64,000 bases of DNA. Origin: an uncultured Rhizobacter sp. GTDB lineage: Bacteria; Pseudomonadota; Gammaproteobacteria; Burkholderiales; Burkholderiaceae_C. This document shows positions 18,699-29,461 of this stretch, piece by piece. The stretch lies in assembly GCA_964493285.1 (NCBI GenBank), contig CAZBOF010000002.1, positions 6,248 to 70,247 of the forward strand, read 5' to 3'. The stretch's first letter is position 1, and the number at the start of each line of letters is the position of its first letter. A program made the position numbers and the translations under genes. Under the pieces are notes generated by a model, which was not told the origin of the DNA, did not search any database, and saw only the letters and a list, made by a program, of their open reading frames with translations.

Positions 18699-20557
18699 TC
18701 AGGCGGTTGCGGTCAAGGGCGGGGCCGGGGTCTGGGCGCGGGGGGTCTGCAAGGCCCAGAGACGCGCATAGGCGCCGCCTCGCGCGAGCATCTGGGCGTG
18801 GTGTCCGCGCTCGACGATGCGGCCTTCGCTGAGTACCAGGATCTCGTCCGCATGCATCAGCGATGCGATGCGGTGCGAAATGATCAGAACCGCCTTGTCG
18901 CGCGTGGCGGTGCGCAGGCCACCGCGGATGGCTTGTTCCGTCGTGGCGTCGACCGCCGAGGTGGCGTCGTCCAGAACGAGGATGCGCGGCTCGGCCACCA
19001 GCGAGCGCGCCAGCGCGACGCGCTGCCGCTGCCCGCCCGACAACGCGACGCCGCGTTCGCCGACCCCGGTGGCGTACTGGCGTGGCAGCTGGGCGATGTG
19101 GTCATGGATGGCCGCGGTGCGGGCGGCTTCCTCCACACCCGACGCCGCGGCCGCGGGCACGGCGTAGGCCGCGTTGTGGTGGATCGACGTGTCGAACAGG
19201 AAACACTCCTGCTGGACCACGGCGACGGTTTCGCGCAGCGAAGCCAGCGACAGGTCGCGTACATCGTGGCCGCCGACCGTGATGCGGCCTTCGGTGGCAT
19301 CGTAGAAGCGCGCGATCAACTGGGCCAGCGTGGACTTGCCGCTGCCCGGCGCGCCGACGACGCCCAGCGTGCGGCCCGGGTGCAGCTCGAAGCTGATGCC
19401 GCGCAGCGCCCACGGCCTGCTCGCGCCGGGGTAGCCGAAACCCACCGACTCGAAGCGCAAGATGCGGGGCGCGTCGCCCAGGTCCGCCGCATGCGGCGCT
19501 TCTGCCACGCCCGGCGTGCTGTCCAGCACCTCGAACAGCCGTGCGCCCGACGTGCTGGCCCGGGCGCTGGCGTTCACGATCATGTTCACCTGGCGCACGG
19601 GCTGCTGCAGGATGGCCATGAAGGTGAGGCATTCGGTCAGCATGCCCAGCGTGAGGCGGCCCTCGGCGACCCCCTGGCCGCCGAACCACAGCACCGCCCC
19701 CATCGCGCTGTAGAACGCGAGGTTCATCGTGCTCAGGCTGGCCATGCGCGTGGTGATGCGCTGGTTGGACAGGCGCAGCGCCGCGGCGGAGATCTGGTCG
19801 AACTTGGCCAGCTCGAATGCCTGGGCCGCGAAGGCCCGCACCACCCGCACGCCCTGGAGGTTCTCTTCCATCACCCGTGAGAGCTGAGACATCATGTGCT
19901 GCAGGCGGGTCCAGCTCATGCGCAGCCGCAGGCCCAGGCGCGCTGCGTGCCACACGACGAAGGGCACGAAGCTCAGCGCCAGCAGGCCGAGCATGGCGTC
20001 CACGTGCAGGAGCCGCCAAGCGCCTGCACCCACCAGCAGGCCCAGCGCCAGCGCGCGCAGCAGTCCCGATTCGAGGAAGCCCCGCACGCCTTCGAGATCG
20101 AGCATGCCGCGGGCGATGAGATCGCCGGAGTGGTGGCGGTCGTGAAACGCGAATCCCAGGCGCTGCAGCTGGGCGAAATAGGCCAGTCGCAGGTCATAGC
20201 CCACGCGTTGGGCCAGGCTTTCGCCCAGATAGCCTTGCAGGCCCGTGAATACCCCGCGCAGCAGGCACGCCCCGACGATCAGCGCGGCCATGCCCCACAA
20301 GCCGCCGGGCTGGGCGTGCGAGGCCGGATCGGCAAGCAGCGCTTGCGTGCGATCGATCGCCTGGCCCAGCAGCATCGGCGTGCCGAGGTTCAAGAGCGCC
20401 GCAGCCAGCGTGCACAGCACCGCCGCAGCGCAAGCGGCCCGATCCTGCAAGGCCAGCCGGATGAGGCGCCCCAGAACCCGCGGCATGGCGCGGACATCGA
20501 TTCGCTCGGCGGCTGTCTCCGGAGTGGTTGCCGTGCTGCCGGTGGATGCGGCCCGCA

Positions 20558-20558
<1 letters not shown>
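18699..20558 (-). CDS. ABC exporter half-transporter (TMD+NBD), degenerate Walker B
   Basis: GAPGSGKST, LSGGQRQR, VLDDATS, ISHRI. Confidence 0.93.
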
Positions 20559-21655
<1,097 letters not shown>

Positions 21656-21691
21656 CGGTCCGTTGGCAGTGGGTCTGTGGGCCGGTAGGAA

Positions 21692-21706
21692 GCACTGTCC
21701 ATGCCA
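21692..21706 (-). promoter_or_regulatory. sigma54 -24/-12 promoter upstream of the regulator-exporter operon
   Basis: Minus strand TGGCATGGACAGTGC (GG-N10-GC), 37 bp upstream of ATG 21655. Confidence 0.7.
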
Positions 21707-21840
21707 GCTGCTCGAAATGGTGCACGCCCCAGGCATGCGCGGGATGAAGCATCCCCGGGCCAGGTGCGGTTTGGTGATTCGCCAGCAGCGCCCCAGCGAT
21801 CGGGTGTTGATTTGCGGCCAACGCTGGTGGAATTGGTGCA

Positions 21841-22420
21841 GTGCGCTTGCGTCGCCATGGCGTGGGCAATCTGCGCGAGTTGCGGGCCGCTGCGCGTGAA
21901 GCTGCAGGCGATGCGGACAAGCCCGCCAAGTCCTTCAAGGACTACGAGCCTGCGCGTCGCTACCTGTTCGTGGCGATTGATCGAGCCACGCGTTGGGTGT
22001 TTGTTCGGGTGTATGCGGACCAGGGTGAGGCCAAAGCGTGGACTTCCTGGAGCGTGTGCACGAGGCGGCGCCGAGGAAGCCTGCCAAGGTGCTGACCGAC
22101 AACGGCAGCCAGTTCACGGACCGCTTCACGAGCAAGGCGCGCGTGCCCTCGGGCAAGCATCACTTCGATGCGCGCAGCAAGGCGCTGGGCATCGAGCACC
22201 GGCTGTGCCCGCCGCGCCACCCGCAGACCAACGGGATGGTGGAGCGCTTCAATGGTTGCATCAGCGAGGTGGTGCAGCAAACCCGGTTCAAGAGCGCTGC
22301 CGAGTTGAAGGCGACGCTGCTGGCCTATTGCAAGACGTGCAACCATCACATCCCACAGCGTGCGCTGCAGCACCTGTCACCCCACCAGGCGCTTCAGAAA
22401 TGGCAGGTCCAGCGGCCAAC
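21841..22420 (+). pseudogene. IS481-family transposase remnant
   Basis: RRHGVGNL..SFKDYEP / RRYLFVAIDRATRWVF, frameshift near 22037, then VLTDNGSQFTDRF, HRLCPPRHPQTNGMVERFNG; N-terminal HTH and the segment carrying the first catalytic Asp are missing. Confidence 0.88.
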
Positions 22421-22858
22421 GGGCTGTTTACAGCCACGCGGGTCTGGACAACTAGCGCGTCAGGTGCGGGTGCGCGCATTGTCACAGCGCAATGTGCAGG
22501 CAAGCGCTGCGGCGTTGCATTCGACTGTGTCGGAGTTTGCGGTTGACTCGGCGGATGCAGTTGCTACGCTTACCTCATCTTCGCACCCGTGACGTGCTCG
22601 TAAAGCACCTGACGGCGTGTCGTCGGCGAGCCCGTTCGCGCCGCACCTCGTTTTGCGAGGCCCCCGGGGTCAAGTCGGAGTGCCATCACTCCCGTCGCCT
22701 TGTCCAGGCGGTTCTTCCCAATGCGCTCAAGCATTGCCAGTCTTTCATCCTGCCGGAAGGTGGGATGTTGTCGCGCCGTTGTCGACCGTTCCGGTTTACT
22801 TAATTTTTATATAACCAGCGGGCATCAGTCTGCCTTAAAAACACTCCGAGGAGGATTT

Positions 22859-23347
22859 GTGAATAACCCTGTCGAAACCGACTTCCATCAACTGTTCGTA
22901 TGGTTCGGATGCCTTTTGCTCTTGGTCGCAGTCCTGGATTTTTATGTGGACAGACTGGCCCGGAAACGCGGCTCCGAAAGAGATATTCTGCTGGCGATTG
23001 ATCTGCTTCGGACCATCGAGCCACAGGTGGCACTTACCGATGAGCATGTGGCCGCACTGGACGAGCCTTCGGGTCACATCCAATGGCGGCCGATGAACCG
23101 ACCAGATGTACTGACCGAAAATCAGCGCATCAACCTCGTCCAGTTGATGTTCCGCGTGCGTGAGTTTGATTTACTTCCCGCGCGAAAGCTCAATGTGAGT
23201 CAGTCGGGCTCTGGGTTGAAGTTGAAGCCGGCCCAGGATCTGAGCCTCGTCTTAGGACGCCTCGAATTGATAGCGTCGACCTATCGGCATATCGCCAAAT
23301 TGCTGGGTATGTCAGATGTCTTAAAGAACAAGTCACCTCACACGTGA
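22859..23347 (+). CDS. hypothetical protein with N-terminal TM helix (AT-rich)
   Basis: RBS GAGGAGG then GTG; LFVWFGCLLLLVAVLDFYV hydrophobic stretch. Confidence 0.6.
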   Translation: MNNPVETDFHQLFVWFGCLLLLVAVLDFYVDRLARKRGSERDILLAIDLLRTIEPQVALTDEHVAALDEPSGHIQWRPMNRPDVLTENQRINLVQLMFRVREFDLLPARKLNVSQSGSGLKLKPAQDLSLVLGRLELIASTYRHIAKLLGMSDVLKNKSPHT

Positions 23348-23399
23348 TTTTTGTCGATGACGTGCTTCCGGAAAATAAAAACAATAAAAAGAGGAATTC

Positions 23400-23792
23400 A
23401 TGCTCACCGACATTCTGGTATTTTGTCTTTATCTGGCAATCGCATTCAAATTAATTTCCCTTCTGCATCGTGTGTATCAACTGAGGCCCGCTGCCAACGA
23501 GGCTGTGCAATCTGACCTGAATTATTTCAAGGAGAGGATTGTGCAAGTCATCGAAAGTGCGCGCTTCATTGAGCAGCGCTCGGGGGAATGTGATTTCAAG
23601 GTGGCAATCGCCACCGAGATCAATCTCGACGCCATCATGGCCGGCGACGCAGAGGAAATATGGAAAGCGATTCTGGCCACGAACTCATTTGGAGACGCAT
23701 TGGGCGATATATATACATACGCAGAGTGCGTCAAAAAACCTATTTCAAATGATATTGAAACTCTTGAAAGAATTCTTTTGAAGAGTTTGTAA
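23400..23792 (+). CDS. hypothetical protein with N-terminal TM helix (AT-rich)
   Basis: RBS GAGGA; ILVFCLYLAIAFKLISLL hydrophobic stretch. Confidence 0.6.
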   Translation: MLTDILVFCLYLAIAFKLISLLHRVYQLRPAANEAVQSDLNYFKERIVQVIESARFIEQRSGECDFKVAIATEINLDAIMAGDAEEIWKAILATNSFGDALGDIYTYAECVKKPISNDIETLERILLKSL

Positions 23793-23812
23793 TATCGTCC
23801 GGCGACGGGCAG

Positions 23813-24887
23813 TTATCCCGTTGCTGTCAACGTCAAATCCTCGCAGGGGCGGCATGCCCTTGCGAGGATTTTTCTTTCTGCCCGTGCGTTGCCGGCGGGG
23901 TGGCCCACGGTGCGGGAAGTTGGTGCCATAAGACCGGCGTCCGTTCTCACGGCGTCCGGGACGGGCTGTCGCGCACCGGGATTGAGATCCAGCGTGGCCA
24001 GCAGCCCCAGCTCGGCCTCAGAAAGGTGGGCGTGACGCCGCGTGTGCCGTGGCTTGACCTGGCCGGTCAACACGTCGCAAGGCGCCTCGCCAAAAGCTGC
24101 GACGGCCAGCTGGATGCGCTCGCGGCTGAGTTCGGTGGCCGTGGGCAGGGAGTCGCTGCGCGAAAGCCGCTGGAATTCGGGTCGCATCAGCTGGCGTTCA
24201 AACCGGACGGTGACCTCGAATGCGGCCTGGCATTGGGGCGGATCATCGCAATCTGCTCGCGGCCTTCATCTTCCGGCAGGCGGTCCTTGCGGACCAGCGT
24301 CTTCACGAGGGGGACCAGATAGTCGAATGACGGCACCAACCCCACGATGGCGTAGCCATAGGGGCTGCGGAATTCAATATCGGTTTCGGCCGGTTGGCGC
24401 GACACCTGGACGGGCAGATTCAGCCCTCGCTTGCTCCATGCTTCCATTTCCTGCTTGCGCGCGCGGACCACTTCATCGATGGCGCGATGCGTGCTGGCCA
24501 GCGCTGCGCTGAATGACAGCAAGCCCCAGTCCGCATATGGGTTGTCCTGGCGCGTGAGCATCTACATGGAGCGTGCGGTGGCCGCTGCGCGACGTCCGCC
24601 GATGATGCGCTAGACCTGGCCGTCGGCATTGTGCGATCTTCCGTTGAACAGCTTCAACGGCTTCCTGTGTGTGCGGCCGCATCTTGTCTTGGTCGTCATC
24701 CACCAGATGCGCCGATCTTCGGCGCATCTGTCAGGATGCCGTCCGGGCGGCGAGAGCCTGCCGCTGCACTGTCGCCGGGAGCTGATTGGTCTTTGTCGCC
24801 TGCGACGTGGAGATGGGTCGCGTCAGTCAAGAGAGGTATTGAGCCTTCGATGAGCGCCTGATGGTCAAACGCAACGTGAGAAGTCAT
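23813..24887 (-). pseudogene. PFL_4669/DUF1845 (AcaB-like) ICE protein pseudogene
   Basis: Fragments join to ...HLVDDDQDKMRPHTQEA/LKLFNGR..IIGGRRAA..DNPYADW..FRSPYGY..FDY..; about 3 frameshifts and 2 in-frame TAG stops. Confidence 0.75.
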
Positions 24888-25046
24888 GCGTCGTCTCCTT
24901 GGGTCGTGGTATGGGACGGGTTGAAGAGCCTGGAATGGCTTGGAGACCGCAAGTCCAAGAGCAGAGGGCGGTTCGGCCAGGGCGTTGACCGTGCACCGCT
25001 GATTGCGGCCGTCGGCTGAGAACGTTGTGCGATTGCATGGCGCGCT

Positions 25047-25748
25047 TCACATGTACTTCTTGTAGTACGCCCATTGCAGGCGCGCGTTGAGCCCCACCGC
25101 AACGGCAAAGAACAGAAGCGTCCATGTCGGGGGGATGTGCACCGGCGAGCACAGGCTCACCATGAGCCAGGCGCCGAAGAGCGCGAACTGGAAGTACTTG
25201 GCGCGGTGATAGAGATTCGCGGACTCGCGGCCTGCGCAGGCTCGGCGCACGGATCGTTCCGCCGCACCGTCGATGAACGCGAGCGAGTAGAGCAGTGCCA
25301 CCAACGGCAACATGCCGATCAGCAGCGCAAAGCGAAGGCTGAGCACTTGAGTGGCCAGGATCACCACCTGAAGCGACGGAACCAGCAGATTCAGCAGCGT
25401 CTGTACGGCTCGCTCGAAACTGCTGACGGTACCGCTGGACGTTTGCAGTGACGCTTCGATCCCGGTGACCGTGAACAGCCCGTGGTGGAGGGAGGTCGAT
25501 AGCGTCGACGCGATTCCAGTCAGGTGCGAGAACGGTGCACCCTGTGCGAAGTTCTCGCCGGTTTCATAGTAGAGCTGCTCGAGCGGCGCAGTCGCGTGTT
25601 GCCAGCTTGTGAAGTAAAGCGTGATGCACAGGCACCAGAAAGCCAGCACCGCCATCACCAGCATGAGCGTCCAGGTGATGACGGTTCTCAGTGGCGAGAG
25701 GATGGCGGACGAGAGTTCCTGGCTCGGCAGAAGGGGATTCAGACTCAT
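25047..25748 (-). CDS. DUF4400 / PFL_4697-family conjugative-element membrane protein
   Basis: TM segments and DGAAERSVRRACAGRESANLYHRAK motif; directly downstream of traD. Confidence 0.82.
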   Translation of the reverse strand: MSLNPLLPSQELSSAILSPLRTVITWTLMLVMAVLAFWCLCITLYFTSWQHATAPLEQLYYETGENFAQGAPFSHLTGIASTLSTSLHHGLFTVTGIEASLQTSSGTVSSFERAVQTLLNLLVPSLQVVILATQVLSLRFALLIGMLPLVALLYSLAFIDGAAERSVRRACAGRESANLYHRAKYFQFALFGAWLMVSLCSPVHIPPTWTLLFFAVAVGLNARLQWAYYKKYM

Positions 25749-27817
25749 GCCGTGGTGTCCATGGAGTTGACGACGGAGGGGGTTCCGACGGCTTCGACTG
25801 GCTTGTGAAATGCATACCGCCGCGCAATCCGGCGAGCGATGTCCTCGATCGACTCATAGAAATAGGGGTCGCCCTTCGTTTCGATCAGCGGGATCCGCAA
25901 CTTGTAGAGATGGTTGCCGTTGAGAAGCGCGAACGCCTGCCCTTTCGGAAGCTTGCCGAGGTCGCCGGGTTCCAGCATGGGAACCTTCTGCACGGTGAGG
26001 CGGTCCTCGTTGCTGCTGGAAAATTCCTTGAAATCTTCGGGCGAGCTGTTGTCCGCCACGATGGACACGGCCGTGGTGCTGGCCACGAAGACATCGTTCA
26101 GACGCTGGGTGAAACTCTTGCTCGTGAGGTCGTCAAGAACTCGAAGGTAAATCCGGGTGTTGAAGTTCCCCTCGATCTGGCGTGCCTTCGCGGGGCCGCC
26201 GATCTTCGCCTCGATGTCCGCGGCGGTCTGCGAGTAGGCAACCACCTGGAACCCGGCGCCGCCGGCCTTGTTGATCAAGGGGATGAATTCGTCGCCGATC
26301 AGTTCGTTGAACTCATCCGCGTGAATGCTCAATGGCCTTCGGGCCAATCGTTCGCTTTGGCCGTTGTCGATGCCTTGCTTGTAGATGCGGCTGGCGACGT
26401 TGGTGAGGTCGGCCAGCATGGCGCTACCGACGGCGCTGGCGACGCTTGTAGAACTCAAGGCGTCCAACCCCACGTACACGATGCCGCCGTTGGCAATGAC
26501 ACTCGTCCAGTCGATGATGGGGCGCGTATCGGCTGCGTCGGCGTAGTCGGGGGAGATCAACTCTCCGGCGCGGCCGCTCGTGAGCTTCTCCACCAGCGGT
26601 TTCAGCGAGGCCACCATCTTGTCGAAGTGTTGGCGCGGGTGCGTGACGAGGCCGATGACCGATTCGGCGACTTCGTCCTGAAGCTGCTTGTGCTGGTAGT
26701 AGTTGATGAGCGACCAGACATATTGGTTTCTCTCGCGCAACTCGCGGTCTCCACCGGCGCGTTGCCCAGGGCGGATGGCGGCGACGTCGTCGCGCCACGA
26801 GTGCGTCGCCGCAGAGGTTTCGAACAGGTGCTCGAGGTATCTCTGTGCCAGGTGATCGGAGTCCAGGAGGTGCTGGCGCAAGCTCCGGTAAGTGGGGCGC
26901 TCACCCAGTGCGACCACGGCGCGCATGGCTCCGTTCACGAAATGCCAGGCAAATTGCTTGAAGGCGGCGGCATCGCCGGAGCCGGGAACGCCGTTGGCGA
27001 CCCGATCTGCGATCTCGGTGACGCGGGAGAAGTCGCCAAGGGGGTTGTACCGGGCCGATAGCTCGGGGTACCCAAGATGGAAGATATAGAAGCTGTCGGT
27101 CCGCCCGGCCCGTTCCGCTTCGGCGTACATGCGTTGCAGGACGCCGATGTCGCCTTTGGGGTCCAGTACGACCACCACGTCACCGCGATGGATGTCTTGA
27201 GCGACCAGCAGTTCCAGCAGCCGGGACTTGCCAACGCGCGTCGTTCCCAGCACCAGCATGTGTCCCGGGCGCTCCGACATATTGAGGTGAACCGCGCTCT
27301 CGTCCGGCTCGATGCCGTGAAGGCCAAGGGAGCCACCAAGCTGCTGCGCCTCGTTGCTGACGGGCCGGTGGCGAACGATCAGATGAGAGACCGAGGCCAT
27401 CACCCCTTCTCGTTGAAGGCGCTCGAACCATCCCGCACGGGAGCCCGCAGCGCCCTTCCCATTCATGGCCAACTTGTCCTCGTGACGCTGAAGGTCGTGC
27501 CAGCGTTGAGTGTGTCGGGCGCTCCAGCGGAATCCCCGACCGAGGAACAGCTCGCGCTGCAAGCGAGGAATCTGATCGGGCTGGATGACGTAAGTCTGGG
27601 GGGCCTCCAGCCTGCGCTGGTAGCGCACCAGCCGCAAGACGGGCGCGAGCCGCCATACGCCGTGCAGCAACAGGGTGATGGCGAGTGCCAGCGCAATGAT
27701 CGGTGTCAAAGCGAAGAATGAGGGGAACAGCAGGAGCGCGAGCGCGCCGCCGAGGCTGCACACGGCTGGTACCAGCTCGACGGGATCACGAAGGAGGTTG
27801 TCGATGGGATAGCGCAT
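25745..27817 (-). CDS. traD: type IV coupling protein TraD (SXT/TOL-type)
   Basis: N-terminal TMs, LFLGRGFRW, Walker A GTTRVGKS, DPKGD, Walker B IHADEF, LPKGQAF. Confidence 0.95.
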   Translation of the reverse strand: MRYPIDNLLRDPVELVPAVCSLGGALALLLFPSFFALTPIIALALAITLLLHGVWRLAPVLRLVRYQRRLEAPQTYVIQPDQIPRLQRELFLGRGFRWSARHTQRWHDLQRHEDKLAMNGKGAAGSRAGWFERLQREGVMASVSHLIVRHRPVSNEAQQLGGSLGLHGIEPDESAVHLNMSERPGHMLVLGTTRVGKSRLLELLVAQDIHRGDVVVVLDPKGDIGVLQRMYAEAERAGRTDSFYIFHLGYPELSARYNPLGDFSRVTEIADRVANGVPGSGDAAAFKQFAWHFVNGAMRAVVALGERPTYRSLRQHLLDSDHLAQRYLEHLFETSAATHSWRDDVAAIRPGQRAGGDRELRERNQYVWSLINYYQHKQLQDEVAESVIGLVTHPRQHFDKMVASLKPLVEKLTSGRAGELISPDYADAADTRPIIDWTSVIANGGIVYVGLDALSSTSVASAVGSAMLADLTNVASRIYKQGIDNGQSERLARRPLSIHADEFNELIGDEFIPLINKAGGAGFQVVAYSQTAADIEAKIGGPAKARQIEGNFNTRIYLRVLDDLTSKSFTQRLNDVFVASTTAVSIVADNSSPEDFKEFSSSNEDRLTVQKVPMLEPGDLGKLPKGQAFALLNGNHLYKLRIPLIETKGDPYFYESIEDIARRIARRYAFHKPVEAVGTPSVVNSMDTTA

Positions 27818-27829
27818 CCGATGCGTTCC

Positions 27830-29122
27830 TTACATGAGCCGGGATAGGTTGGCACTGCGGGCGGGCGGCACGACGCCGGGCATGAGCTTCTCGGGGTTTG
27901 AAAACAGCAGCCCCTTCAGGATCGTTGATGCGCCGGTGGCGCCGACTCGGTGCTGGAACCGATGCAAGTGCGCGTTGTTGGGCGCACGTTGATGCCATGC
28001 GAGGCTGCAGACCTGCGCCTGCAACTCCCGCGCCGTGGCGGAGGTGTCGGCCGCGCCGCCGTGCAACGAGGCGAAGGTGTGAAAAACTCCAGGCACCGTG
28101 AGAACCATGCCATCGGAGATGAAGTGCACCTGCGCGTCGGCGGTGTTGGTCAGAATAGTTCCGTCGGCGAGTCCCTGCCTTATCCAGGCCAGGAAGCTTG
28201 CAGCGGTCGCTGGCTGCGCGATCGAAGCCGGGAGACCCGCCGTGTCATCGGGGTTGGAAGGCGTCTCGCGACTCTCGGACGCCGGATGGTCGGGTGGGAC
28301 ACGGGGGTCGGCGCGGAGGGCGGGCGTTGTTGGTACAGCTGGTGAAAGGGAGCCTGTTGCGGCAGTATCGACGTGCCCACGGGCTTGCGGCCGCGGCGGA
28401 GAGGACGCGTTCCGAGCCTTCACCTTCTGCACCGCGGTTTGCGCAGGCTTCGTATTTCCACCAGGAAGGGCGCGGCCCGTCGTGGATGCTTGGGCACGGC
28501 GAACCAGATCGTGCAGGATGGTGCCACCCTCCGCGTGGGTGAAATAGATCCTGAGCGCTTCTGTGAGATCGACGTCGGCCAGCATCCATGCCAGGCTTTC
28601 GGGATGCAGCCATGGCTGCAAATGCTTGCGCACGGATTCGCGCTCGCCGACGTTCGAACCCGAGATCCGCAGGTCGAACAGCAGTGCGGCGACCACGCAC
28701 CCCAAGGTCCAGCGATAGGAGCGTGGCTCGATGTCCTCCGCGATGGCGCCGGGTGGAAGCAGCACACCGAGTCGGTGCATCGCGGTGTGAGACGCCAAAT
28801 CGAGTCGCCGGGAAAAGTCCGGGCCCGGGTGGGACTGGCACCAAGCTGCAACGCGCTGGAGCAAGAAGCCGCAATCGCGTTGGAAGCTGGCTTCGGAAAA
28901 CCTCATTCTTTCTTGCAGGACGCGCAGCCGCCCGGCGCCGCGGTCGCCAGGCATCGAGGGGCTTCGCTCACCGGCTCCGGGGGAAAAGGCTTCGTCTCGT
29001 GCCGGCGTGGCGCGCGCGGATGCGCTGGCGCGGCGCCAGGCCAAAACGCCGAGGGCGCTGATGGCGAAAGCTCCAAGTATCCAGAAGGCGTTCATGAGGC
29101 GAAGTCCTGATGTCCTGTGCAT
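27830..29122 (-). CDS. traI: MOBH-family relaxase TraI-like protein, catalytically degenerate
   Basis: Position upstream of traD; LLPPGAIAEDI..WTLGCVVAALLFDL and C-terminal FLAWIRQGLADGTILTNTADAQVHF match the TraI_2/TraI_2_C pattern; HD is FD and the His cluster is absent. Confidence 0.8.
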   Translation of the reverse strand: MHRTSGLRLMNAFWILGAFAISALGVLAWRRASASARATPARDEAFSPGAGERSPSMPGDRGAGRLRVLQERMRFSEASFQRDCGFLLQRVAAWCQSHPGPDFSRRLDLASHTAMHRLGVLLPPGAIAEDIEPRSYRWTLGCVVAALLFDLRISGSNVGERESVRKHLQPWLHPESLAWMLADVDLTEALRIYFTHAEGGTILHDLVRRAQASTTGRALPGGNTKPAQTAVQKVKARNASSPPRPQARGHVDTAATGSLSPAVPTTPALRADPRVPPDHPASESRETPSNPDDTAGLPASIAQPATAASFLAWIRQGLADGTILTNTADAQVHFISDGMVLTVPGVFHTFASLHGGAADTSATARELQAQVCSLAWHQRAPNNAHLHRFQHRVGATGASTILKGLLFSNPEKLMPGVVPPARSANLSRLM

Positions 29123-29461
29123 GACTGAGTCAGGCGGATCAAGTCTTACTCAGCAGCCGTCTTCTTGCAGCCCATAACTGCACGCACCCGGCGTCGCGGT
29201 TTTCCTGCGGGCTGCAGGCGGCGTTTCGACCAGGGCGAGAGCGATACGGAATGTGGATTGGAAGAGAGGTGATGCGGTCCGGTGCAGATCTGGCGGTGCT
29301 GGCGGCGCCTGCGCAGGCACGCGACTAGCACGGGTGCTAGAGGACTCGCAAGTGCTAACCGGTTGATATCCGAGGAATAGTTTTCGAGCCACCCGTTCGA
29401 TTCATGTCCATACGATGCAACCGTCAGACGTTCTCGGGTTCTCAAATCGGGTTTGCATGTC

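Noticed and set aside
22791..22817. AT-rich dyad GTTTACTTAA-TTT-TTATATAAC resembling a dif/Xer site (the GGI integrates at dif)
   Set aside because: Spacer is 3 rather than 6 nt and the arms match XerC/XerD consensus poorly; more likely promoter DNA.
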